From assembly GCA_050950825.1 (NCBI GenBank), contig JBMNIH010000011.1:79163-143162 (forward strand): a stretch of 64,000 bases of DNA, in the 5' to 3' direction. This document shows, in pieces, positions 9,576 to 19,526 of this stretch (position 1 is its first letter; each line of letters opens with the position of its first letter). The stretch is from Clostridia bacterium (GTDB lineage: Bacteria > Bacillota > Clostridia > JAAYHZ01). Made by a program: the position numbers and the translations under genes. The notes under the pieces were generated by a model, which did no database searches, was not told where the DNA came from, and saw nothing but the letters and a program-made list of their open reading frames with translations.

Positions 9576-12500
9576 ATGAAAAACAAGAAGCGCAACCGAA
9601 GGGAAGTTTTTAAAAGCTTAAAAAATCCGGGAGACGTTATCCGCATAGCGGATCGAAACGAACAAATACCGACGGGGGCAGATGACCTTTTCTGCTTTGT
9701 TCTGCCGAAACCCGTCGAAAAAGAAGAAGCGAAGGCTCTTTTTCAAAGCCTTCCGGAATACCCTGTCAACAAACGATTTTACACGGGTGAAAGCCTCGAT
9801 ATCCAAGATACTTTTCGAATCTTTGCGGATCCTATAAGGATCCATATCCAAACCAAGTTCGTAAACAAAAAAGGCTTCGGAAAATCCTTATGCAAAAAGC
9901 ATATCCTGCTTTTTGCCGTCGGTCAAAGCAGCGATGAAATCTACAGCACGGAATTCGATTTTATGTCCGAGCAAAAAGTTCATATTACTTACGGACCTAT
10001 CAGCGGTATCGGGTTTTCCCATTACCCTTTGCAAATCGACGATGCGGACATTCAAGAAACGGATTACGGGTATGTAGGATACGTTTCTTTTCCTTGGAAT
10101 CGTCTTTCCGTCGATCTTTCCGAAATCCGGTTTAACGTATTGAGGGTCGATTGGGGTGCCCATCCCATGACCTCCTTTATCCCCGTGGCTCATTCTTCAT
10201 TTGTCCACACTCCGAAATCTCCCGTCCGGGTTATGATTCTTATGCAAAACCAAGGCCGTATGGCGCCTCTACGCCCGACGGAAAACCTGACCAAGCAAAG
10301 GAGCGGCTCTTTTGTAACCATGCACCGGGTTCGCGACAGGCTTTTTCAAATATCCGGACTTGATGAAAGACAAAAAAAGAAGCTGACCCTCCTATCCCCG
10401 AAGGGTATCGAAACGGAGCTTTTAGCCGATTATACTTTTTCTGAAGGAAAAGTCGTCGCAAGCTTTCTTCTTCCCTACTTGTCCGAGGAGGGCTTGTACC
10501 GAATACGATATAATGACGAATCCGTCCTGTATTTTGACAAACGAGACGCCGTCGAATCGATTTACAGCCGTATCGATGAGACGGATGAGCAAAGCCTTGA
10601 AAAAATATCCGTTGACATTGAAAACATAAGCGAAAAGGCGAAAAAAATGCTTCAAATCGTACCTCCCTACTCCGGGCTGGAAAACGTCCCGGATCCTAAG
10701 GATACGAGCCTTCGCCCCTATATGCTCTTTCGATACGATTTGGATAATCCCCAAAAAATCATTTCCATTAAAACCGGGGACGCTTATCCCGACGACAATT
10801 ATCCGGAGGATCATGCAACCGTTATCGACAACGGGACGGGAAAGCGGATCGAATACCCCTATTATGTATCCGAGGACGGTTTTGATTTGTACCTTACGCC
10901 CGGCCTTTGGGCAAACCAAAAAGTCTATATCTGCCGCCATGTATCGGAGCTTGCGGACGAAGACCCGGCAGGTGCCGCCCTCGTCCTTTACAAGCTTGCA
11001 TCCTGCTACAAGGACTATGCTCCCGCCGTAGACTACTACTACATCAATTACCCGATATCAAAAGCGGCGGGTCCTCCCTACCCGTATTTCGGCGGCTTGT
11101 GGTCACGGTGGTTCTACCACGAGCCGGTTTACATGGCGGGGATTGCGGAAGCTTACGCCAAAATCAAAAAAACGGATGCCTTTGAAAAGCTCAAAGAAAA
11201 ATACAACGAGGATATGGAAAACCTTATCCTCTATATGATTAAGGACACGGTTAGCTTTATCGAATCCTACGGTATGTGTAACGGGAACATGGACCCTGCC
11301 GAATGGATCGGCCTTATACGGATCGGACAGGCCTTAAACCGCTGCGACTATATACTGGACGTTTTGGATCGCATCCGTGAATTCATACAAGTCAACTTCA
11401 TGTTCGACGGCTTTTGGAAAGAAACCACCCTGTCCTACCACGACAACGTGGTGAAGGGACTCTTGCAAGCCTTTTCCCGGATCAACAAAGACTCGGAAAA
11501 TATTTTAAAAGGGTTTCCCGTGCTGCAAAAAGCGATGGATATAACGAGGAGGCTGGTGTATCCTAACGGGAAATTTATCCCCGTTCAAGATACCCACTTG
11601 TCCGAGATTCATGAGGTTTCGGACATCGTCTTTGAAAACTTTCTTCTGCCTTGCTCCAAGATTGTCCGTTTAGCGGGACCCAAAGGAGAAAACCACACGC
11701 AAATCGTTTTCCTTGCGGAACCCAAATACGGTCACAACCACTTGGATGCTCTGAGCTTCAATCTGTTTTCCCGAGGCGTGGAAATGATCCCGGACTACGG
11801 TTACACCCATACAAGCTACCGCTACTGGACCCTCAGCACGTTAGGCCATAACACGACGGTTGTAGACGAGAAAGATTCCAAAAACCAAAGCGGCGGCAAT
11901 CTTTTACAGTACGTACCGGCATCCTTCGGAACCGTAGGTCTGGTAAGAGGCGCCGACCCCTTCTGCTACGAAGAGGCTTCGGTCTACGACAGGCAAATCG
12001 TAACGGTGCCCGGCGAAAACGGGGATATCGGATATACGGTCGATATTTTCCGTGTAGAAGGCGGAAAAAGACACGAATACACGTTAAACCTTTGCTTGGA
12101 TTATGACATCGTAACCTCTTGTTCCTTAAATTTGGACGGCTACAGCGAAACCCTGCTTCCGGAAGACGTCCGCTATGAAAAGCCCATGGAAGAATTATCG
12201 AAGGGCTATGCGGAAGGCCGGTACACGGCATACATGTTCGTAAAGGACGTAAAATACGGTAGTATCGAAAACCGACCTTATCTTGTCTCTTACGTCATCA
12301 AGGATAAGGAACACGAAGGAAAAGGCATTCATATCCACGGAGTACCTTCGGAGGGTGTCCTCATGATAGGGAAAGCCCCCTCCATGAGGGATACGAGAAT
12401 TTCCTTCGCTTACGATTTAAACGACCGAAAAGATAACCATTGGTCGGATAAATTGGTCATCCGAAAGGAAGGCGACAATTTAAAATCCTCCTTTGTCCAT

Positions 12501-13097
12501 GTGTTTGAGCCCTTCGGCAATAACGAAAAAACGGTTGTGAGAAAGGTTGAAAAGCTCTTAAAGGATCCGGCCGACGAAAAGGACGTATTGATAAAAATAA
12601 CCTGCGAAGGTTATACGGACTACCTGTTCAGTGCATACGATACCATGGAAATGACCTATGACGGAATCGTTTTTACCGGCTCTTTCGGATTCGTACGGAT
12701 GAAAAACGAAAAAGCGGTTTTCATGCAAGTCCTCAAAGGAAGCGTAAAAACAAAGAATGCGCTGCTTTCCAAAGAAGCCTCCTACTCCGGTATCGTTGAA
12801 GAATGCCGATCTCGTAAAGAAGGCCATGGCGCAAACGGCTTTATCGTAAACGAGCCCATACCGGAAGAAAAGGACTTAAAAACCGTCATCATCCGGCACC
12901 CGGACGGTTCCGTTCACGCATACACCGTCGAAGGCATTAAAAAGCTCCAAGGAAAAACACTCGTTGATATCGGCGATACGGACCCCGGCTTTACCGTAAT
13001 AAACGAAAAGCGGTCAAAAATGCAGAGCTTTCCTTTCTATCAATGGGAAGGCGAAACGAAATATGTCATTGACGAAACAGGGTTTTTAAGGCCGTAA
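9576..13097 (+). CDS. Heparinase II/III-like polysaccharide lyase family protein with N-terminal extension
   Basis: DGFWKETTLSYH, GHNHLDALSFNLF, DYGY, TLGHNTTVVD motifs. Confidence 0.8.
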   Translation: MKNKKRNRREVFKSLKNPGDVIRIADRNEQIPTGADDLFCFVLPKPVEKEEAKALFQSLPEYPVNKRFYTGESLDIQDTFRIFADPIRIHIQTKFVNKKGFGKSLCKKHILLFAVGQSSDEIYSTEFDFMSEQKVHITYGPISGIGFSHYPLQIDDADIQETDYGYVGYVSFPWNRLSVDLSEIRFNVLRVDWGAHPMTSFIPVAHSSFVHTPKSPVRVMILMQNQGRMAPLRPTENLTKQRSGSFVTMHRVRDRLFQISGLDERQKKKLTLLSPKGIETELLADYTFSEGKVVASFLLPYLSEEGLYRIRYNDESVLYFDKRDAVESIYSRIDETDEQSLEKISVDIENISEKAKKMLQIVPPYSGLENVPDPKDTSLRPYMLFRYDLDNPQKIISIKTGDAYPDDNYPEDHATVIDNGTGKRIEYPYYVSEDGFDLYLTPGLWANQKVYICRHVSELADEDPAGAALVLYKLASCYKDYAPAVDYYYINYPISKAAGPPYPYFGGLWSRWFYHEPVYMAGIAEAYAKIKKTDAFEKLKEKYNEDMENLILYMIKDTVSFIESYGMCNGNMDPAEWIGLIRIGQALNRCDYILDVLDRIREFIQVNFMFDGFWKETTLSYHDNVVKGLLQAFSRINKDSENILKGFPVLQKAMDITRRLVYPNGKFIPVQDTHLSEIHEVSDIVFENFLLPCSKIVRLAGPKGENHTQIVFLAEPKYGHNHLDALSFNLFSRGVEMIPDYGYTHTSYRYWTLSTLGHNTTVVDEKDSKNQSGGNLLQYVPASFGTVGLVRGADPFCYEEASVYDRQIVTVPGENGDIGYTVDIFRVEGGKRHEYTLNLCLDYDIVTSCSLNLDGYSETLLPEDVRYEKPMEELSKGYAEGRYTAYMFVKDVKYGSIENRPYLVSYVIKDKEHEGKGIHIHGVPSEGVLMIGKAPSMRDTRISFAYDLNDRKDNHWSDKLVIRKEGDNLKSSFVHVFEPFGNNEKTVVRKVEKLLKDPADEKDVLIKITCEGYTDYLFSAYDTMEMTYDGIVFTGSFGFVRMKNEKAVFMQVLKGSVKTKNALLSKEASYSGIVEECRSRKEGHGANGFIVNEPIPEEKDLKTVIIRHPDGSVHAYTVEGIKKLQGKTLVDIGDTDPGFTVINEKRSKMQSFPFYQWEGETKYVIDETGFLRP

Positions 13098-13114
13098 AGA
13101 GGCCAAAAGGCTTG

Positions 13115-13148
13115 AAACGCCGTGTCTTACAAAGCACGGCGTTTTTTT
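13115..13148 (+). terminator. Intrinsic terminator
   Basis: AAACGCCGTG...CACGGCGTTT stem followed by a T-tract. Confidence 0.85.
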
Positions 13149-13277
13149 GCTTGATTTTTTCTAAAGGATCATAAGATATTGCAAAGAAACGGATTGATAA
13201 ATATTTAACTATATTGTATAATGAGATTGTTAAATTATTATCATATAGATATATATAACTATCGGGAGGTCTTGATT

Positions 13278-14036
13278 ATGAAACTGAAAGGAAAAGTAGC
13301 CGTTGTTACCGGTGCCAGTGCGGGTATCGGAAAAGATATCGCGTATCAATATGCCAAAGAAGGCGCAAAGGTTTTGGCCGTGGCAAGACGAGCCGAAAGG
13401 CTCCGGGAGCTTGCGGAAAGCGCAAAAGGCTTAGAAGGCGAAATCATTCCCTTTGCCGCCGATATGACGGATAAAAACCAAGTCGTTGCCATGATTGATG
13501 AAGCGATAAAAAGATTCGGAACCATCGATATTCTCGTAAACAACGCGGGAATCATGGACGATTTCAGCCCTGCAGGCGATGCGGAGGACGATATGTGGGA
13601 CAAAGTGATCAAGGTGAACTTAAGCGCTCCTTTTTATTCCACCAAGCATGCCGTCCGTCACTTTTTGCAAAACGGCGGAGGCGTGATCATTAACGTAGCC
13701 TCCATCGGCGGGCTTTGCGGTTCGAGAGCCGGCGCCGCCTATACCGCTTCGAAGCACGGTTTGGTAGGGTTAACGAAGAACACCGCTTCCATGTACGCTA
13801 ACAAGGGTATCCGCTGCAACGCCATTTGCCCCGGCGGAGTCGAAACGGAAATTTTTACACAAGACTATATGCAGAACATTAACAAAGAAGGAATGAATAT
13901 CGCCGTACAAGGTCCTCCCGTTCGAATGGGCAAAGGTCATGAGATTGCATCCGTTGCGGTGTTTCTCGCAAGCGAAGATGCAAGCTATGTCAACGGACTG
14001 TGCATGGCCGTTGACGGCGGCTTGACGGCCCACTGA
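13278..14036 (+). CDS. Short-chain dehydrogenase/reductase
   Basis: TGASAGIG, NNAG, YTASK motifs; GGGAGG RBS before ATG 13278. Confidence 0.93.
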   Translation: MKLKGKVAVVTGASAGIGKDIAYQYAKEGAKVLAVARRAERLRELAESAKGLEGEIIPFAADMTDKNQVVAMIDEAIKRFGTIDILVNNAGIMDDFSPAGDAEDDMWDKVIKVNLSAPFYSTKHAVRHFLQNGGGVIINVASIGGLCGSRAGAAYTASKHGLVGLTKNTASMYANKGIRCNAICPGGVETEIFTQDYMQNINKEGMNIAVQGPPVRMGKGHEIASVAVFLASEDASYVNGLCMAVDGGLTAH

Positions 14037-14260
14037 TCTATTTGATAACTAAAATTTTATTACCCCCTTCAGAAAACAGGAGTCATTCTCCTGTTTCTTT
14101 ATTTTAAGAAATTCACCATTTATCCCTTTACCGGACGAAGACTCTTTTGGGGGTGGTATAATGAACCGGAACGGAAAAGATTTTTTTAAAAAAAATGAAA
14201 TTTAAATGAACCTTTCCTTTGCTTCGATTGTATATGTATGCGAGAGGAGGCTTTAAAAGG

Positions 14261-14758
14261 TTGGTTGACGAGTACATAAAAAAATACGGGAAGCGGTTAT
14301 ACGGACTGTGCTTGACTCTTTGTGCTTTTTCCGACGAAGCGGATGATTTATACCAAGACACATGGTTAAAGGTATTGAAGAATATTTCTCAGTACGACGA
14401 AACCAAAGAGTTTGAGCCTTGGCTGACCAAAATTTGCGTCAATACCTACCGCAACAAATTACGAAGAATCGCCAAAGCACCCTTTTACAACCGATTTTCT
14501 GACGGGGATGAGAAGGATAGGGTTTTAGAATCCGTATCGGCGGAACATCCGAAGGACTACGGCGATTTACACAAAGCCATCGACAAGCTTCCCGAAAAGT
14601 ACCGAATCACCGTTATCCTCTTCTATTTCAACGATTTGGATTTAAAATCAGTCGCTTCAACCCTTGGAATTCCCGTAGGAACGGTAAAATCCAGGTTGAA
14701 CAAAGCCAAAAAACTGATAAAGGAGGAGTTGAATCGTGAACCGGATCTACAATTTTGA
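14261..14758 (+). CDS. ECF-type RNA polymerase sigma factor
   Basis: ADDLYQDTWLK, FEPWLTKI, GIPVGTVKSRL; GAGGAGG RBS before TTG 14261. Confidence 0.9.
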   Translation: MVDEYIKKYGKRLYGLCLTLCAFSDEADDLYQDTWLKVLKNISQYDETKEFEPWLTKICVNTYRNKLRRIAKAPFYNRFSDGDEKDRVLESVSAEHPKDYGDLHKAIDKLPEKYRITVILFYFNDLDLKSVASTLGIPVGTVKSRLNKAKKLIKEELNREPDLQF

Positions 14759-15011
14759 AGCAAAAGAGCCGCCCTTTTTAAATGAAAAAATGCTGCGGGA
14801 GAAAATGAAACGGCGTAAAACCCGTATCATGTCCGTTCTTTTGGCATGTGCCGGATTTCTTTCCCAATTATGCATATTGATCATCGGCTTGATTACGCTG
14901 GAGAATTTCCCGATTCTGTCCTTCTTTTGCTTTGTATACCTCGTTGTGGCTCTTAGCGGCGGCTGCGCCGTCCTTATCGTATTTAATCGTGAAAGGAGTA
15001 AATTTGTGTAA
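14736..15011 (+). CDS. Small 2-TM membrane protein (candidate anti-sigma partner)
   Basis: Overlaps the sigma gene end; two hydrophobic helices. Confidence 0.65.
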   Translation: MNRIYNFEAKEPPFLNEKMLREKMKRRKTRIMSVLLACAGFLSQLCILIIGLITLENFPILSFFCFVYLVVALSGGCAVLIVFNRERSKFV

Positions 15012-15922
15012 TGAATCTGTCCATCCTTGTATCCGTTATACCTTTATCTCTTCTTTTCGCCATCCCCATACTCATAGGCGTTTACGTATACAAAGACGCC
15101 GTACAACGGGGGATGAACGGCGCTTTATGGGCTTTGGTTGTCATTTTGACTCCGGGCTTTATCGGCCTTATCATCTACCTTCTGGTTCGAAACGGGTATT
15201 CCCGCCTGCAGTGCCCTAACTGCGGCACGAAGGTTACCGAAGAGTATACCCTTTGTCCGAAATGCGGAACTACACTGAAAGCCTACTGCCCAAGCTGCCG
15301 TTTTCCCGTAGAGAGGGACTGGACGGTTTGCCCGAAATGCGCCCAAAGCTTATCCGGATACCAAACCTCTTATACGCCTCCGGTCGAAAACAAGGATAAT
15401 TCCTTAGGAAAAATCCTTTTGATTGTGATCATAACCCCCGTTTTGCTGTTCACGACGCTAATCCTGTTCTCCGTAAACTACAACCGGTCTTCCGTTCGCG
15501 TAGGCTATACCAACACGGCGTATTTGAACGAATCCCATTATGCCGAACGTCCGGAGGTTTTAGAATGGATCGAGCAATGTAAAAAAGATCCTTCCAAAAT
15601 CTACGCCCTTTATTACGAAGCTCCGGACGGAGATCAAACGCTCACCACGTACCTGATCTATCGGCCTTTCAATGACCAATATACAGGCGTTCAAACAAAA
15701 ACCGTTGAAAAACTCTTCGGCCGAAAGAAGGTGACGGTTGATTTTAATCAAAATCTATCTCATTTCCGTTACGAGAACCAATTGGTCTGTATAACGGTTT
15801 TATCAAAAAGAAGCGTGATATTCAATGTGAGAGTAGACGGAAAGCCTGCGGATTTCGAAATCACTCCGGTCGATTACAACCCTGCATTGTTTATGATTCG
15901 TGAAAGCGCGGCGGCTGCATAA
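15011..15922 (+). CDS. Membrane protein with double zinc-ribbon domain
   Basis: Two N-terminal TMs (YKDAVQRGMNGALW), four CPxC motifs, a further TM and an extracytoplasmic domain. Confidence 0.8.
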   Translation: MNLSILVSVIPLSLLFAIPILIGVYVYKDAVQRGMNGALWALVVILTPGFIGLIIYLLVRNGYSRLQCPNCGTKVTEEYTLCPKCGTTLKAYCPSCRFPVERDWTVCPKCAQSLSGYQTSYTPPVENKDNSLGKILLIVIITPVLLFTTLILFSVNYNRSSVRVGYTNTAYLNESHYAERPEVLEWIEQCKKDPSKIYALYYEAPDGDQTLTTYLIYRPFNDQYTGVQTKTVEKLFGRKKVTVDFNQNLSHFRYENQLVCITVLSKRSVIFNVRVDGKPADFEITPVDYNPALFMIRESAAAA

Positions 15923-16443
15923 AGCCGCCTTTTCACCTATTATGAATATTTTTTATCCCTTAGATTCACTACTATTTCCGACCCTAATAAACTTATCACC
16001 ATTTATATATGGTGTTTCCTTGAGCGCTGATACAGTGAGGATTCTATCCATTACCGGAATGGATAGGATTCGCTTAATTGACTTTATTATCTACAGAATA
16101 TAAATTATCAAGTAAATATCAACCTATTGTTTATTCGCAGAATTTATTGAAGCATCCCGCAAATTATTGATAAACTATATTTTATGGTGTAGTATAATAT
16201 TAACAAATCCCACAGGCCTCTGTCGTTGACAAGCACACTTAGTGGGCTTTTTGCATTTAAGGAGAAAAATGCGGATATTCTTTAACGTTACGTCAAATCG
16301 ATACTTTCTTTGACAGTGCTTCATTAGAAACTTTGATGCAAATATATAAAGCTTTTCAATTTTTCGTCAAGTTGATTTTGCATATTGTTCGTTATACAAT
16401 GGAAAAACAATGACAGTATACATTATATAACCGGGTTGATGAT

Positions 16444-17394
16444 ATGCTTTGCCAATTTACCATCGGAAAATTCAAATCCTTTAAAAATGAATCCGTATTG
16501 GACCTTTTTGCCGAGAATATCCGTGAGCATGAAAAAGGCTTGATTACGGATCCTTACGACGGCGAAGCTTTCTTGCCCGTCTTATCCGTTTACGGCCCCG
16601 ATAAGGGAGGAAAATACGAGGTTTTCGAAGCATTCGATTTTCTTTCCCAAAGAGTCCTGTTTCCGGATAATGAAGTCCGGTCGGATTCTCCGGTGCATTT
16701 GGAGGTCCTTTTTCGTGTGAAAGAGAGGGAGTACAAATATATATTTGATTACAGGCAAGCCGTTATTTCGGAAGAATGCCTGTATATGCGAGATCTTGTA
16801 TCAAAAAAACCGGATATATTGTTTGAACGGATAGGAACCGAATATTACCTTGGTCCTGGTTTGGGAAGCTTTGAATTACAAGACCTAAACCCATCCCTTT
16901 CGCTTTTGTCCTGTCTTTCAAAAAGCGACAAAAGCAATATTCTAAACGATGCCGCGGCTTGGTTTCAAAGCATCCGATACGTTCGTTATGACGATACCTT
17001 ATCCTTATCCTATGAAAACCCTTTTCCTATTCTTTCGGATTCCTTGGAAAAGGGCGGACTTCTCCTTCTGGATGACCGCGGTTTTCAGCCGGACTCGAAT
17101 TTCTTTTTGCGTATCATCGAAATGTTTAAAGACCCGATATTGAATAAAAAAGGAGCCCAATTGATTTTCACCTCCGGTGATCCTACGATTATGAATTCCG
17201 CCGTATTCCGAAGAGACGAAATTTGGTTTTCGGCTGTAAACAAGAACAACGAATCGATGCTGTATCCTCTTGTCCTTTTCAAATTAAACAAAGAAAATTC
17301 CGTATACATTGATTACGGAAAAGAGTACACGGAAGGAAGGTACGGTGCGGATCCCGATTTTAAAGGCTTTCGCTCGAAGGAGGAAGACCCATGA
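16444..17394 (+). CDS. RloA/AbiLi-like ABC-type (AAA_21) ATPase, degenerate
   Basis: MLCQFTIGKFKSFK start, YGPDKGGK (altered Walker A), LLLLDD, AQLIFTS, RRDEIWF, GRYGADP motifs. Confidence 0.75.
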   Translation: MLCQFTIGKFKSFKNESVLDLFAENIREHEKGLITDPYDGEAFLPVLSVYGPDKGGKYEVFEAFDFLSQRVLFPDNEVRSDSPVHLEVLFRVKEREYKYIFDYRQAVISEECLYMRDLVSKKPDILFERIGTEYYLGPGLGSFELQDLNPSLSLLSCLSKSDKSNILNDAAAWFQSIRYVRYDDTLSLSYENPFPILSDSLEKGGLLLLDDRGFQPDSNFFLRIIEMFKDPILNKKGAQLIFTSGDPTIMNSAVFRRDEIWFSAVNKNNESMLYPLVLFKLNKENSVYIDYGKEYTEGRYGADPDFKGFRSKEEDP

Positions 17395-18062
17395 AAAGCG
17401 AGCCTTTAAAAGCCGATACAAAAGAAAAATTGGAAGCCTTAATGCAAAAGAAAACAAAAGAAACTCAGGTCCTTCACCCCTTGCCGCCTTATACGGTCAT
17501 TTTTTGCGAAGGTACCAAAACGGAGCCCTTATATATCCGAGGCTTTACCGAACGAATCAACAAAAAGTACGAAGATATGACGCCGAAAGAACGAATTACG
17601 GTTATCGGAACGGGGAGAAGCGGAAAAAGTCTTTTGGATTACGCAAGAAAAAAAGTTAAAACGGAATTTCCCGAATGCCAAGTCGTGTGGCTTATGTACG
17701 ATAAGGACGACTCCTCCGATGACGATTTTGACAACACCCAATTCAGTGCACAGGATCGGGCCTCGAAGCAAGAATATCGTGTGGCATGGTCCAACGAATG
17801 TATCGAGCTTTGGTTCCTGCTTCACTTTCGGCCTCTTTTCTCGCAAATAGGCAGAAAGCGGTACAAAGAAATATTAAGAGAATACTTTCCCTACAGGAAA
17901 AACGCATTGCAAATCTACGACATACTCAAAGACAAAACCGATATCGCCATCGCTCGAGCAAAAACGCTATACGAAAGCTACGAAAAGAACACGCCTCCCT
18001 CCAAAAGGATTCCGGCCACAAGAATGCACGAATTAATAGCTTTCTTACGGGAATATCTATAG
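17391..18062 (+). CDS. RloB/AbiLii-like (TOPRIM-type) protein
   Basis: IFCEGTKTEPLY, MYDKDD, SNECIELWFLLHF motifs; translationally coupled to the ATPase. Confidence 0.85.
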   Translation: MKSEPLKADTKEKLEALMQKKTKETQVLHPLPPYTVIFCEGTKTEPLYIRGFTERINKKYEDMTPKERITVIGTGRSGKSLLDYARKKVKTEFPECQVVWLMYDKDDSSDDDFDNTQFSAQDRASKQEYRVAWSNECIELWFLLHFRPLFSQIGRKRYKEILREYFPYRKNALQIYDILKDKTDIAIARAKTLYESYEKNTPPSKRIPATRMHELIAFLREYL

Positions 18063-18075
18063 CCCATCAATACAA

Positions 18076-18543
18076 TCAAACAATATCCGCAATATCGAAG
18101 GATAAAACCTTCTTTAAATCCTCAAGGCCGACTTCCACTTGGCATCCGATTTTACCCGCGCTGAAGAATATGGTTTCAAAATTCTCCGCGGTTTTATGGA
18201 TGACGGTTTGAAAAGGCTTTTTCATTCCTATGGGCGAACAACCGCCGTGAACATAACCGGTCAAAGGGAATAGCTCCTTTAATTTAATCATTTCCACGGA
18301 TTTTTCCCCTACGCATTCGGCGGCCTTCTTTAAGTTCAGTTCCTCCGCCACGGGAACCAAAAACACGTAATGCTTTTTGGATTTGCCCACCGTCACCAAC
18401 GTTTTAAAAACCCGATTCGGATCTTGGTTCAAAACCCTCGCCACCTCAAGCCCGGCTACGGCATCTGTTTTTTCGTAATCATGGCTTTTGTATGCGATTT
18501 TTGCTTTATCCAGTATTCTCATCACGTTTGTCTTTGTAGTCAC
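18076..18543 (-). CDS. ybaK: Cys-tRNA(Pro) deacylase
   Basis: KTNVMRILD, VFKTLV, TGYVHGGCSPIGMKK motifs. Confidence 0.93.
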   Translation of the reverse strand: MTTKTNVMRILDKAKIAYKSHDYEKTDAVAGLEVARVLNQDPNRVFKTLVTVGKSKKHYVFLVPVAEELNLKKAAECVGEKSVEMIKLKELFPLTGYVHGGCSPIGMKKPFQTVIHKTAENFETIFFSAGKIGCQVEVGLEDLKKVLSFDIADIV

Positions 18544-18638
18544 TTGGTCTCCCCTTTTCCTCGCATCTTTTTGATTTCTTTAAAACGGTTCTATTATATC
18601 ACCTTATGACCCTCGACTTAAAGACAACCTAAGAAACT

Positions 18639-19379
18639 TCAATTCATAGAATATAGCTTTTCGTATTCTTCATCTAAAGACAATATGATTTTTTCCGTCA
18701 GCTCAAACAAGCGGTTCAAGTCTTCCTGGATATCTTTACGGTCTTTTATGAGCTCCGTATGCCAAAAATACGGCCACATCCCGGCGGAGCCTCCCCCTTC
18801 CGAATAGATGATAAAGGCCAATCGGGAGTCGCTGCATAAAAGCTCGGTGCTGTTTTTGTACAAAGACAAGTCCGTGATCACTTCCACGTACTCTCGGACA
18901 TCCTCGGGTATCTTGCGGTAGTCCGGTGCAAACAGGGACCCGTCGGGATTCCGAGGAAGCTCAAACAAAGCAATCATGTTTTTAACGGCCAGATCCGAAA
19001 AAAAGCCCTTCAGATTCCTTACCAACCCGTTGTATTCCGAAATGTCCTCCAAAAGCTCGGCGCTTAAAGGAACACCGATCAATAAATCGTCAAAGACGAT
19101 TTCTCGGTTCATAATCTTTTCATAGATCCCGTCCATTCTTTTGGCTACGGGATTCGTCCGAAGAATATACTCCTTTTCTTGGCCAACGGATTCTACTTCC
19201 CTGTTTTCTTGGGTTTCATTTAAGCTTTCGGAATACAAAGAAAGTATCTTCGAAACCTTATCAAGGGTTAATGCTTGTACCGCAACGATGAGAATTACGG
19301 AAAAGATAAAAAGGACGACCAAAATTCGGCTCAGGTCGGACATTTTATTAAATCCGTTATCTTTACTTGTTTTTTGCAA
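18639..19379 (-). CDS. Hypothetical protein with N-terminal membrane anchor
   Basis: 246-aa ORF, GGAGG RBS, single TM near the N-terminus. Confidence 0.65.
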   Translation of the reverse strand: MQKTSKDNGFNKMSDLSRILVVLFIFSVILIVAVQALTLDKVSKILSLYSESLNETQENREVESVGQEKEYILRTNPVAKRMDGIYEKIMNREIVFDDLLIGVPLSAELLEDISEYNGLVRNLKGFFSDLAVKNMIALFELPRNPDGSLFAPDYRKIPEDVREYVEVITDLSLYKNSTELLCSDSRLAFIIYSEGGGSAGMWPYFWHTELIKDRKDIQEDLNRLFELTEKIILSLDEEYEKLYSMN

Positions 19380-19480
19380 CGGTTACACCTCCGTCTTGTT
19401 TCATTCCCAATATGTCGATTATACTATACTTTGTATAGAATTTACCATCGGATCGTCTTTTCTATGTATTTCGGAGGCAA

Positions 19481-19511
19481 AATAAAAGCCGTTAATATAA
19501 CGGCCTTTATT
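19481..19511 (-). terminator. Intrinsic terminator after the solute-binding protein gene
   Basis: AATAAAAGCCGTTA...TAACGGCCTTTATT imperfect inverted repeat. Confidence 0.6.
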
Positions 19512-19526
19512 GGAAACACGGATTTT

